This document shows, piece by piece, positions 18,991-27,981 of a DNA stretch of 43,073 nt. This stretch comes from Candidatus Woesearchaeota archaeon (GTDB taxonomy: Archaea > Nanobdellota > Nanobdellia > SCGC-AAA011-G17 > ARS1403), in the NCBI GenBank assembly GCA_016181275.1, contig JACOZQ010000009.1, positions 1-43,073 of the forward strand, given 5' to 3'. The translations under genes and the position numbers were made by a program. Positions within the stretch are counted from its first letter, which is position 1; each line of letters opens with the position of its first letter. The notes beneath the pieces were generated by a model that searched no databases, had not been told where the DNA came from, and saw only the letters and a program-made list of their open reading frames with translations.

Positions 18991-19128
18991 AAATATCATG
19001 CGAAACAAAAGAGGAGTAAATTCACTGCGGTAGAAGAATATGAAGGAAAATTAGCCAATGCATTTGAGTGCCAATCAGCCAGTATAATAATCTATAGCAT
19101 CAGTTATAATGAAAATTTAGAATTAATT

Positions 19129-20268
19129 TTGGAAAACTCTGGAGACATAGATCTTGTAGGAATTTTTGTTAAAGCAATTGGAGAAAAAGATGCAGATTCA
19201 AAAGAAGTTTCAATGGATTTAAAAATTCTTGACAAAAAGAAAATAAATATTGAGATCGATGCTAGAAAGACTGGAGACTTAAAAAATGTTGAAGTATTTC
19301 CTCTACTTGAATCAGGATTGTGCAGCTCATTCTCTTTATCAAAAAATTTTGAATATGATTTTCCAGATGAATTGGAAGATGCTCCAGAAAGTCCAGCTCA
19401 GAATTGCGAATCTCAGCTCGATATTGATAACATATTAAGTGTTGATTCATGCTCAGCTGAAAAACCATTCTACTGCAGCTCTGAAAGAGTTTTAGTGGAA
19501 AATTGCCAGAAATGCGGATGTCCAAATGGCTTGGAATGCACTCAGGATGGAACCTGCAAGGAAAGTATATGCAAGATAGTCAATGAAAAGGGAAGCCCCG
19601 AAGACAAGCTGGATATTGTTTTTATAGGGGATAACTTCAATAAGGATTATGCTAAATTTGGGAATGATGTCAATAGATTTATAGCTGCTTTATTGAAGTA
19701 TGAACCATTTGCCTCTGAGCAGAACAAGATTAATTTTTACAAAATTGAAAATGAAGATGATCTGGGATGTGGTTTTAACTGTGTTTCAAGCACGGGCGAG
19801 GAGGGAATATTTTGTTGTGATCTGGGAAAAATTGAAGAAGTTTCATCTCAATGCCCTAACGAGCAGGTTATGGTTATTTACAACGGAGATATATTGTGCG
19901 GATCTGCTTACTCAGGAAGGGGTGTTGTTTGCAATCTAGAGACCCCAACATTAGGATTTAGTATGAAAGAGAAAATTTTTGTTCATGAATTCGGGCATAC
20001 TTTTGGCAGATTGATGGACGAATCTTATAATTTTTATCTTGGGGCTGATGAAAACACTTATGTTAGAGGGCCTAATTGTGTTAGGGATTCTGCATGTCCT
20101 GAATGGGACGGACTTGGAGTTGGATGCTTTAAAGGATGCACATATAACAACCTTTATAGGCCATCGCAGTCATGCACTATAATGATGGGAGATTATTTCT
20201 GCGAAGAAGCTGACTTTAATCCTGTTGGAGAAAAGGCTTTAATTGAAAAAATGGCGGTATACCGATGA
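19129..20268 (+). CDS. M64 (IgA-peptidase-like) zinc metallopeptidase, apparently lacking its N-terminal signal
   Basis: KLDIVFIGDNFNKDYAKF...EPF...KINFYKI followed by FVHEFGHTFGRLMDESYNF (HExxH...DE), as in peptidase family M64. The track start is a TTG. The frame is open back to 18991 with no ATG and no signal or pilin-like leader. Confidence 0.6.
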   Translation: MENSGDIDLVGIFVKAIGEKDADSKEVSMDLKILDKKKINIEIDARKTGDLKNVEVFPLLESGLCSSFSLSKNFEYDFPDELEDAPESPAQNCESQLDIDNILSVDSCSAEKPFYCSSERVLVENCQKCGCPNGLECTQDGTCKESICKIVNEKGSPEDKLDIVFIGDNFNKDYAKFGNDVNRFIAALLKYEPFASEQNKINFYKIENEDDLGCGFNCVSSTGEEGIFCCDLGKIEEVSSQCPNEQVMVIYNGDILCGSAYSGRGVVCNLETPTLGFSMKEKIFVHEFGHTFGRLMDESYNFYLGADENTYVRGPNCVRDSACPEWDGLGVGCFKGCTYNNLYRPSQSCTIMMGDYFCEEADFNPVGEKALIEKMAVYR

Positions 20269-20831
20269 AAAAAATAATGCTTTTAATTTTAGTTATCCCA
20301 TTAATTAGTGCTATAAATTCTGAGATGATTTATTTTTTGAATCTAAAATATGATGGAAGCAATATCGAGCTAATTAAAGCAAATGTAATAGACGGTTTTT
20401 ATAATATTAATAATGATGAGCATCTGCCATATAAGCTAGAGCTGTATTCTTTTGAAAAGGAGATTTTATTTAAAGGGTATTTTGAAATAGATAATAATGC
20501 TCGTTACGAAACTCTTTTAGATGGGAATTTTGATATTAAAGAAGCAGAAATTTTACCATTTAATATCGGAGTTTCTCTGCCCTACTTTAAGGAAGGAAGC
20601 TTTATTGAAATTTCTAAGAATAATGAGAGGTTGCTGGATATTGATGTTTCTGAATTTGCTGTGATCTGTGGTGATAAAAAATGTCAGCTGGATGAAAGAG
20701 AAACTTGCTTGAGTGATTGCAGAGAAGATATAAAGCAAAATAAAGTCCTCCCAGTGTGGTATTATTTGTTAATAGGAACAATTTTAATTTTTATAATTTA
20801 TTTAATATACAAAAAAAGATTAAGAAAATGA
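20265..20831 (+). CDS. Secreted protein with a C-terminal TM anchor, coupled to the M64-like gene
   Basis: Signal MKKIMLLILVIPLISA. C-terminal VWYYLLIGTILIFIIYLIY followed by KKRLRK. There is an ATGA overlap with the upstream stop (20265..20268). Confidence 0.6.
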   Translation: MKKIMLLILVIPLISAINSEMIYFLNLKYDGSNIELIKANVIDGFYNINNDEHLPYKLELYSFEKEILFKGYFEIDNNARYETLLDGNFDIKEAEILPFNIGVSLPYFKEGSFIEISKNNERLLDIDVSEFAVICGDKKCQLDERETCLSDCREDIKQNKVLPVWYYLLIGTILIFIIYLIYKKRLRK

Positions 20832-20875
20832 AAAGTTTAGTTAAATTTAAATATTACATTCCATTATAATCAACA

Positions 20876-21295
20876 ATGATAATCAGTCGGTTAATGAGTA
20901 AAAATTGCGACTATGTTTACGGCACGGATTCTGTGCAGAAAGCATCATATATAATGGCTACACATAATAGAGGTTTATTAGCTGTCTTAAAGAGCGAAGA
21001 AAAGAAGGTTGTCGTTGGTGTTCTTTCTAACAAAGATATTATTGATAAGGTTGTTGCAAAGAAAAAAGACACTGAAAAAATCACTGTTGACAAAATCATG
21101 ACGAGAAAATATATTTATGTTAATCAAAATGAAGTTACTTCCAAAGTAATGTTTTTGATGATTAATAATGGTATAAAAAGGATTCTAGTCGTCGATGATG
21201 AAGGAAATCTTATAGGTATAGTTGCCTCCACAGATATTATAAGGGCCATGCTCAAGTACAAGAAAAGATTATTGGATTTGGCTTTAGATTTTTAA
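20876..21295 (+). CDS. CBS-domain pair protein
   Basis: 139 aa with two CBS-like units (...GLLAVLKSEEKKVVGVLSNKDIIDKV... and ...IKRILVVDDEGNLIGIVASTDIIRAM). Confidence 0.75.
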   Translation: MIISRLMSKNCDYVYGTDSVQKASYIMATHNRGLLAVLKSEEKKVVVGVLSNKDIIDKVVAKKKDTEKITVDKIMTRKYIYVNQNEVTSKVMFLMINNGIKRILVVDDEGNLIGIVASTDIIRAMLKYKKRLLDLALDF

Positions 21296-21325
21296 AATTA
21301 AGAAGTTTTTAATAGGAATTTCATA

Positions 21326-22447
21326 TCACAAGAACATATAAAGCAGGCTAAACATACCTGCGAGGAAAAAGCTGCTTTCCAGATTTCCAATCCATAAAAC
21401 CAGGAGCAATATTCCAATTCTTCCGAGGGAATAATAAATGCCCCTCATTATAAAATATTCCCCTCTATTCTTCGATTTGTCATACATTAAGGCAGAAAAA
21501 GGGAGCTCAGCAGTCATTGAACTAAAGCCGCCAAAGAGATATAATCCAACTAAATGTAGCATATTTCTTATAAATAATTTTAATACCCAAGATGCACAAT
21601 TAAAAATGCTTCCAATTTTTACTATTAATCTTCTATCGTACCTATCACTTATCTTCCCTATTATAAAAGTGAACAACAAAGTGAAAATAGAAACTATCGT
21701 AGCCAATCCACCTAGCTTAAGGTATCCATTTAAAAAAGAGAATACAAATATTGGCCAGAAAATTCCGCCAACTACGCCAACACCGCCATTCCCGAAATAA
21801 GCAATTCCATCTTTCAAAAATTTTATATTGAATATCTCTTTGAATTTAACCATCATTCTTTTATTTTTATATTTGCAGAAGAACATTGGAACAGAGCTTC
21901 CAAATATTAATGCAGCTACAATGAAAAACAGCAAATCAAAGCCAGAAGCAAGCAGAAGACCTCCGCCGATTAAGGGCCCTATTAATCCAGAAAATAAGCT
22001 CAGGTTGAACCAATTGCCGACTTCTTTTCCTCTCTCTTTATAGTCGCTAGCTTCAGAAAATTCAAAATGAAATCCGAGCCAAAAAAATGAATCGGCAATT
22101 CCGAGCAAAAATGGAGCTAAATAAAAAAGCCATGTATAGGAAGGAATTAAATCCAGCAGAATAAAATAAGAAATGTAGATAGGAGATGAAATCAAAGTTA
22201 TATACTTGAATGAAAAAATATCAACTAATTTTGAGCTTGGAATTACAAACAATCCATATGAGATGCTATAAATCAAATAAAACAAAATAAGATGGCTCAA
22301 GCTGTATTTCAGCTCAATAAAAAGATATAATGGAACAAATATTCCGACCATGCTAAAAGCAAGATCTCTTAAAACAACAGAAGTATATAGTGCATTTAGT
22401 TCACTTCTCAATAAAAATCTTATATAATGTATTCTGTGCTCAAGCAT
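21326..22447 (-). CDS. MFS-type transporter
   Basis: Polytopic and hydrophobic throughout. IIGKISDRYDRRLIV matches the MFS motif A (GxxxDRxGRR) in a loop. Confidence 0.65.
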   Translation of the reverse strand: MLEHRIHYIRFLLRSELNALYTSVVLRDLAFSMVGIFVPLYLFIELKYSLSHLILFYLIYSISYGLFVIPSSKLVDIFSFKYITLISSPIYISYFILLDLIPSYTWLFYLAPFLLGIADSFFWLGFHFEFSEASDYKERGKEVGNWFNLSLFSGLIGPLIGGGLLLASGFDLLFFIVAALIFGSSVPMFFCKYKNKRMMVKFKEIFNIKFLKDGIAYFGNGGVGVVGGIFWPIFVFSFLNGYLKLGGLATIVSIFTLLFTFIIGKISDRYDRRLIVKIGSIFNCASWVLKLFIRNMLHLVGLYLFGGFSSMTAELPFSALMYDKSKNRGEYFIMRGIYYSLGRIGILLLVLWIGNLESSFFLAGMFSLLYMFL

Positions 22448-22448
22448 T

Positions 22449-23270
22449 TTATATCTCCATCAATTTCCCAGCGATTAAATTGCTGACATCAATCTTGTTA
22501 GTTTCATGCACCACCGTATTAGAGCTCACGATTTTATTAGCTTTTGCTTTTAATTTTTCATAAGAATCTTCATTGAACAGTCCATGCACAGCCAGTATAT
22601 TTATTTTATCAGATTTTAAATTCTCAAGATTATTCAGCATGCTTTCTCCAGTAGAGATTATATCATCAACCAGCAGGATTTCATCAGAGTACTCTATTCT
22701 TTCTTTTTTATTTTTATTATAGAGGGCGGCAGAGCTATCAGAATGTTTTGCAAGCTTCCAAGCTCTCTCTCCAAAGCCGATTATTTTGCAATTGGAAAAA
22801 TTTTCTTTTACATATTTTCTTAGCAGTTCACCGCATTTCAAATTGTAGAATGGTATAGAAAATAATTTTCCAGGAAGGTTGTGCTGATGCAAATGAGATT
22901 CAATGCTGATAACTTTGTCAACATTTCTATTAAGTAAATCACATACTGTACTTTGTTGAATGCATTCGAATTTTTCTTTTCTGATATCCTCTCTAAAAAA
23001 AGCCATATAAGGAGCAACATAAATTATTTCTTTAGCTCCCAAATTCCTGGCTGAACTGGCAGCATATAAAACTTCAAATAAAGAATGGTTTGGATAAGGA
23101 TATAAGCTCTGAACAAGAATTACTTTCTGGTTTTTTAACTCATTACTAAATTTCACATGGAGCTCGCCGTCAGCAGAATCCCTAAGATGCAAGTCATCAT
23201 AGTCAACGTTTAATTTCCTCGCAATTTTCTCCGCAAGTTCTTTGCTATTACTCAAACCAGCAATTATCAT
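22449..23270 (-). CDS. prs: Ribose-phosphate pyrophosphokinase (PRPP synthase)
   Basis: MIIAGLSNSKELAEKIARKLN start, then ILLVDDIISTGESM (PRPP-binding loop). The track ORF extends to 23321. I prefer Met18 (23270) because the extension is a hydrophobic read-through overlapping the upstream gene. Confidence 0.75.
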   Translation of the reverse strand: MIIAGLSNSKELAEKIARKLNVDYDDLHLRDSADGELHVKFSNELKNQKVILVQSLYPYPNHSLFEVLYAASSARNLGAKEIIYVAPYMAFFREDIRKEKFECIQQSTVCDLLNRNVDKVISIESHLHQHNLPGKLFSIPFYNLKCGELLRKYVKENFSNCKIIGFGERAWKLAKHSDSSAALYNKNKKERIEYSDEILLVDDIISTGESMLNNLENLKSDKINILAVHGLFNEDSYEKLKAKANKIVSSNTVVHETNKIDVSNLIAGKLMEI

Positions 23271-23313
23271 CACCAATAAAAATCTTATAAAATATATAAG
23301 CTTTATCAAAAAA

Positions 23314-24300
23314 TTATTCAAGATCTTTAACAGAAATTTTATATGATTCTAATCTGGCAGGGTCAATTACTCGAAAAGCCCCTCGAGCATTAGAGCTAGT
23401 GCAATCCTCATAAAATATATGAAGATCATCTAAAGAATGTTGCATTTTAAGAATCCTTTCATAATTTCCTATGTTTCTTCCTTTGAAAACGACGGGTAAA
23501 AAATGATCAGTAATCCTTTCATCAGAATACATAGCATTTTCATTATAAATAGGAGTATATGCCACAATTCCAATATGATTGGTCCAACGGAAATGTAATT
23601 CTAAATCGCGATTTTCAGTAAGATCGGCCTGAATAATATTTTCAATTTTACTATTCTTCAATCTAAAAGAAGTATCACATCCCATTCCACCAAAATGATA
23701 ATTATAACCAACATCGACATATCCATTTCTAGAAATAATTCTTGGCATAGACATATCACTATGAATTAAAAATCTCGGTCCAAAATTTTCACTAAACCTA
23801 ACTGGAGAATATATCAAAGAGGAAGTCACAATAGAATTAAAAGGAATAGAGAAAATCATTCCATTAATATATTTATTTTCCTTTGGGTCATTATGAATAT
23901 ATTCGGCATTTTTTCCATTTTCTCGATTTAATTCTCTGACACTTTTTCCAACAAAATCACAAGTAACTCCTTCAACACCCCTTAGTTCTGGGTCGCATCT
24001 TGCAATTAATATATCCTTATCTTCAATAGTCTCCCAATCTTTTTCAGTGTGGAAATAAACATGATCTCCATCAGTGGCCATACTTTTTAAAGAATCAAAA
24101 TTAAATTTCATTAAAGAAATTTGTCTACCATTTCTTAAATTAAAAACATTTACATCACCATAAAAGTCATAAGCAAAAAATGTGTCATTAACAACAATAA
24201 ACTTATCTGTAGCTCTATAAGTCTCAGGCAATTCAAAAGAACCATCATGTTGAAGAACAATCACTTTATTTTCTAAATCTTCTTTAACCGATTCAATCAT
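23314..24300 (-). CDS. Hypothetical soluble protein (328 aa), no family recognised
   Basis: Long ORF with ordinary, non-repetitive composition. No motif that I can name. Confidence 0.5.
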   Translation of the reverse strand: MIESVKEDLENKVIVLQHDGSFELPETYRATDKFIVVNDTFFAYDFYGDVNVFNLRNGRQISLMKFNFDSLKSMATDGDHVYFHTEKDWETIEDKDILIARCDPELRGVEGVTCDFVGKSVRELNRENGKNAEYIHNDPKENKYINGMIFSIPFNSIVTSSLIYSPVRFSENFGPRFLIHSDMSMPRIISRNGYVDVGYNYHFGGMGCDTSFRLKNSKIENIIQADLTENRDLELHFRWTNHIGIVAYTPIYNENAMYSDERITDHFLPVVFKGRNIGNYERILKMQHSLDDLHIFYEDCTSSNARGAFRVIDPARLESYKISVKDLE

Positions 24301-24353
24301 ATCAATTGGATATAGTGTTATTATTTAAGCATTATTGTATTAAAAAATAATCT

Positions 24354-25574
24354 TTAAACAAACTCAGATAATTTCATCTGTGTTCTTAATTTTCTCAGCA
24401 TCAAACTCTGATTATAAACTCTCTCGATGTTGAAATTAAACTTTCTAATTATTAATTGTTTAACATGTTCCAGCATTTCTTGTCTTGTCTCAAATTCAAT
24501 AAATTTATTTTCCAGGGCTTTTCTTGCAGCACTGCGAACTACCCACACGCCCAGACTGTCAGTGTACTCAGGTGTCTCAAATCTAATAACCAAGACAGAT
24601 GCCTGTTTTCTTATCTTGCTTAAATATTCCAACACACCGATTCTGCTCGCATAATATCCTCCAGCAGTATTCTCGGCATAATTTTTCCTGCCGTCATACC
24701 ATTCATTATCCGTCGAGAATTCTATCTTTCCTGAAAAATTCCAGACAGCACCAGGCAGATACCCTTCAAATAATTCATAGCTCCAGACTTCAGGAAAGAG
24801 CATTATATAATAATAGTTTCCAAAAAAATTACCGGTAAAAAGATGAAATTTATCAACAGTAGGAAAATCTTTTATTTCGTCAATGAATTTTTTCCCGATT
24901 ATATCGTCGACAGCAGTTATAGACCAGCGTGTAGGAACTAATTTTCTATTCTTTTTTAGTCCAAGCCCGCCAATGCTAAGTAATTTAGTCAGAAAATTCT
25001 CGTCAATTTCTCTATCATACAAATAATTAATTCCTTCATCAGCTTTCAAGTCGATGTCATTAAAAACTTTTTCAACTGAATTAAGAACTTTAACGTTCTC
25101 GGTTATCTTTATTTTTTTTAATCCGGCAGCAGGACCCATAGGCATAGTTATTTTATCTTTATAATCATGCAAATTAGGTTTTTTATTTAAATAAATCTCG
25201 ACGTCAACAGGTTTATATCCCAAAGCAATCTCTTTTGCAATATCAAGAAATTTATTCTCGCTTCTGGCGTCTTTAACACTGGATTTAAACCTAGAATTAA
25301 TCAGGCTTCCACGGTAAGAAACAACGTCTTTGATTGAAGTTTCAGAACCAGCCCAATATTTTGGATTATCAAGTATCCATGAATCCTCATCGAAAACAGG
25401 TGGGCTTAAGATTCCAACGTTTACATTTGGATATTTTAATTTACTTCCGACAAAAACACTCGGTGGACTTGATCCGAAGAAATTATCTTTTCCGAGTTCT
25501 TTGATTGAGCTGAAAACATTTTTAACTTTTAATTGCAATTCAACATCTTTCCATTTAGGTCTTGAAACAAGCAT
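24354..25574 (-). CDS. nreA: Archaeal Nre-family (NreA-like, DUF650/DUF651) DNA-repair-associated protein
   Basis: FFGSSPPSVFVGSKLKYPNVNVGILSPP near the N-terminus resembles the Nre N-terminal domain as I recall it. The size is about 400 aa. I chose the start at Met32 (25574) because the upstream extension is hydrophobic junk and an A/T-rich TATA-like box (ATATATAATTTATTT) lies roughly 10-25 nt upstream of it. Confidence 0.5.
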   Translation of the reverse strand: MLVSRPKWKDVELQLKVKNVFSSIKELGKDNFFGSSPPSVFVGSKLKYPNVNVGILSPPVFDEDSWILDNPKYWAGSETSIKDVVSYRGSLINSRFKSSVKDARSENKFLDIAKEIALGYKPVDVEIYLNKKPNLHDYKDKITMPMGPAAGLKKIKITENVKVLNSVEKVFNDIDLKADEGINYLYDREIDENFLTKLLSIGGLGLKKNRKLVPTRWSITAVDDIIGKKFIDEIKDFPTVDKFHLFTGNFFGNYYYIMLFPEVWSYELFEGYLPGAVWNFSGKIEFSTDNEWYDGRKNYAENTAGGYYASRIGVLEYLSKIRKQASVLVIRFETPEYTDSLGVWVVRSAARKALENKFIEFETRQEMLEHVKQLIIRKFNFNIERVYNQSLMLRKLRTQMKLSEFV

Positions 25575-25683
25575 AAAAATTATAATGAAATAAATTATAT
25601 ATGTCTTACGGATATGTGTCAGATAAAAATTTTTTGAGATAATTTTTAAAAAAACAAGCAAAGCCAAAATCGTTTCTTTTGCA

Positions 25684-25712
25684 CTTAATTTTCTTTTTAA
25701 AAGAAAAGTAAG
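25684..25712. promoter_or_regulatory. 29-bp near-perfect palindrome in a divergent intergenic region
   Basis: CTTAATTTTCTTTT-T-AAAAGAAAAGTAAG, with 13 of 14 arm positions complementary. It lies between the divergent genes ending at 25574 and starting at 25769. Confidence 0.4.
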
Positions 25713-25768
25713 AAGCGAAGCGTTTCAAAACAAAAACTTATATATACTAAAATAATCTTTCAATTATT

Positions 25769-26188
25769 ATGAATGGTTTGGGAAAATACAGGAGGGCATT
25801 GCATTACCTAAATAATCTGGAAGAAACAGTAAACATTGATATAAAAGATTTCAAGCAAATACAAGAGTTAAAGGAAAAATTAAAGCATACAGGATATAAA
25901 CTAAGGTCTTTGGAAACTACAAGGGCAATATTTTTTATTTTGCTGTATTCGTCAGTTGTCTCAGCATTCTCGACTTTGGTCCCGGGTTTAGAGACAGTAG
26001 CAGGAAAATTAGTTAAGTTTGGATCAATTATAGGATCAACAATAAGCTTGATAATAATTGGTATTTCATCAAAAGCAATTTCAACATATGTTTTAGATTT
26101 AAACATAATAACATCGCATCTAATTTCAATATACACAAAAAATGGAGCAAGAGCCACATTACGGAAAAAGAAAAAGCAAAAGAGATAA
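25769..26188 (+). CDS. Small membrane protein (2 TM), hypothetical
   Basis: Two hydrophobic segments (AIFFILLYSSVVSAFSTLV and GSIIGSTISLIIIGI) and a basic C-terminus. Confidence 0.5.
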   Translation: MNGLGKYRRALHYLNNLEETVNIDIKDFKQIQELKEKLKHTGYKLRSLETTRAIFFILLYSSVVSAFSTLVPGLETVAGKLVKFGSIIGSTISLIIIGISSKAISTYVLDLNIITSHLISIYTKNGARATLRKKKKQKR

Positions 26189-26308
26189 GAAAGCTAAAAG
26201 ACGTTTCAGAGTTTACAAAAAGGGCGGAAAAAACAGGGTAAACAATTAATCTATTGCTTTCAAAAGATTTTTCTATAAAATATAAATGGAGTTTATAATC
26301 AATAGAAA

Positions 26309-27073
26309 TTATTTTTTTAATTTTCTTTTGGCTTTTTTCTTGAAAATTTTTTTGGGGAATTTTCTTTTAGAATGTTTAGAAATAGTTTTTCGTTTGGAAA
26401 CTTTTTTTTTGAGAGTTTTCTTTGGCTTTTTTTTCGCAGGTTTTTTTCTTTTTGTCTTAGTTTTTTTAACGATTCTCCTAATAGGTTTTTTCAGTTTTCT
26501 TTTGTCCCTCTTTTTACTTGCCTCAATTTTCTTTAATTCCTCTTCTCTTTTCTCAGTAAGTATCTTATTTACCTCATTTATCTCTTTCTCGAGCTCATCA
26601 ATTGTTCTCATCATGTTTTGGATTTTTCTTGTATTATTTTCTTGGACTAAAACTTTATCACATTCAGGGCATTTGAATCCATGCTCGATAGCCTGCTCAA
26701 GCAAGAATCTTACATCGTTATCGGGACAGCTGAAATATTGTCCAGTTTCTTCTTTCTTCAATAAATTCTTAAGGATTTCAAGTCTTTTATTTTTGTGAGT
26801 CAATGCAACATTCAAAGCCCGATCAGGATAAAAATCCCAATAGTAAATATACCATCCTTTTTTCTTGTCTTTTTTTCTTGTAAAATCAACCAAGCTATAA
26901 GAATATAACCTATAAAGCATATTTCTTGTCTGATTCACAGTTATGTTTAGTTTTTCAGCAAGTTTGAATTCGCTAACATTGGATTTTTTTCTCAAATATT
27001 GAAGAAGATTAAGAACATCCTTGCCGATAATTTCCGAGATGAAATCATCAGTAATTTTATCTAAAATATTCAT
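26309..27073 (-). CDS. tfe: Transcription factor E alpha (TFIIE-alpha homologue) with a roughly 75-aa poly-Lys/Arg C-terminal tail
   Basis: Winged helix SEFKLAEKLNITVNQTRNMLYRLYSYSLV..KKGWYIYYW. Zn-ribbon region YFSCPDNDVRF...FKCPECD. The tail is KKRDKRKLKKPIRRIVKKTKTKRKKPAKKKPKKTLKKKVSKRK... Confidence 0.75.
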   Translation of the reverse strand: MNILDKITDDFISEIIGKDVLNLLQYLRKKSNVSEFKLAEKLNITVNQTRNMLYRLYSYSLVDFTRKKDKKKGWYIYYWDFYPDRALNVALTHKNKRLEILKNLLKKEETGQYFSCPDNDVRFLLEQAIEHGFKCPECDKVLVQENNTRKIQNMMRTIDELEKEINEVNKILTEKREEELKKIEASKKRDKRKLKKPIRRIVKKTKTKRKKPAKKKPKKTLKKKVSKRKTISKHSKRKFPKKIFKKKAKRKLKK

Positions 27074-27194
27074 ATATGAAATAAAATCCAGGAAAACAAT
27101 TTAAATAAGTTTCGATTTTAATTCACTACATAAAAATAATAAGAAAAGTTTAATAAAGAAAGGAATTTTTCACGTAATTATCTGGTGATTACAA

Positions 27195-27587
27195 ATGTCG
27201 TTATTCAAAAAAAAAGATGAAATGAAGCAAAAAATCAAGCCGCCTGTTTTTCCAGGACTTCCAGAGCATAATTTTCCAATTTATGAGCCAACTTTTCCTT
27301 CTTCTCCTGAAAGCATAAAAAGAGCTATTCAAGATTTTCCAGAAGTAAGAGAAAGACCAATGATTATGCCTGAAGAGAAAGCAATCTTTGTCAAAGTTGA
27401 CAAGTACAAAGAAGCAATAGATACTTTAGAAGTAATAAAAGAAAAATTAAAAACAGCTCAATCAGTTCTAAATGAATTAAAAGACTTGAAGAAAAAAGAA
27501 GAAGCTGAGTTGGAAGAATGGCAAAGTAGTATAAATGATATAAAAGAAAAATTAACATTGGTTGATAATAATCTGTTTGAAGTGTGA
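27195..27587 (+). CDS. Hypothetical coiled-coil protein
   Basis: Pro-rich N-terminus, then heptad-like IFVKVDKYKEAIDTLEVIKEKLKTAQSVLNELKDLKKKEEAELEEW. Confidence 0.5.
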   Translation: MSLFKKKDEMKQKIKPPVFPGLPEHNFPIYEPTFPSSPESIKRAIQDFPEVRERPMIMPEEKAIFVKVDKYKEAIDTLEVIKEKLKTAQSVLNELKDLKKKEEAELEEWQSSINDIKEKLTLVDNNLFEV

Positions 27588-27588
27588 A

Positions 27589-27981
27589 ATGGTCGCAAAA
27601 AGCAAACTTCTCCATGCTAGAATACAAAACCCTCTGCTAGTTAGAAAAACTTTATTAGAGTCAGCAATATCGATAGCAGAAGTTCTAAAGTCAATGAGGA
27701 TATTAAAAAAAATATCTTCTGAAAAGAATAAAAGAAAAACAGAGCTCAAGAAACTCTTCGATGAGATAAGAATTTTAAGAACGAAGTTGGAAGAGCACGA
27801 GCTCCCGCCACTGTCAGAAATTAAAGATGAAAAAATAAGCAAGAAAGTACAAAAAAAAGAATTAATAAGTGAAGAAATTAGAAAGCAAAAGCAGCAAGAA
27901 AAGATGTTGAGCAAAGAATTAGAAAAATCAAGTTTGGACTTTGAAATAGATCAGTTAAAAGAAAAAATTAGAGGTCTTTAA
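27589..27981 (+). CDS. Hypothetical coiled-coil protein (partner of the preceding gene)
   Basis: The start was moved to ATG 27589, 1 nt after the upstream TGA (27585..27587). The track start at 27562 would overlap that gene. The protein is charged and helical throughout. Confidence 0.5.
   Translation: MVAKSKLLHARIQNPLLVRKTLLESAISIAEVLKSMRILKKISSEKNKRKTELKKLFDEIRILRTKLEEHELPPLSEIKDEKISKKVQKKELISEEIRKQKQQEKMLSKELEKSSLDFEIDQLKEKIRGL

Noticed and set aside
23271-23321. Longest-ORF starts for prs (23321) and the nreA-like gene (25667)
   Set aside because: Both extensions are hydrophobic, Ile/Phe-rich read-throughs of AT-rich upstream DNA. The conserved N-termini begin at the internal Met codons (23270 and 25574).
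26286-26798. 170-aa plus-strand ORF (Phe/Leu-rich) and similar ORFs at 40366..40884, 33808..34233, 33419..33832, 11341..11760, 21438..21800, 36208..36528 and 39196..39582
   Set aside because: These are antisense shadows of Lys/Glu-rich or otherwise well-supported genes on the opposite strand. They have low-complexity composition and no independent signals.
27195-27981. Whether the coiled-coil pair represents ESCRT/Cdv-type division proteins
   Set aside because: I could see only generic heptad-rich Lys/Glu sequence, with no Snf7, CdvA or Vps4 motifs. I left them as hypothetical coiled-coil proteins.
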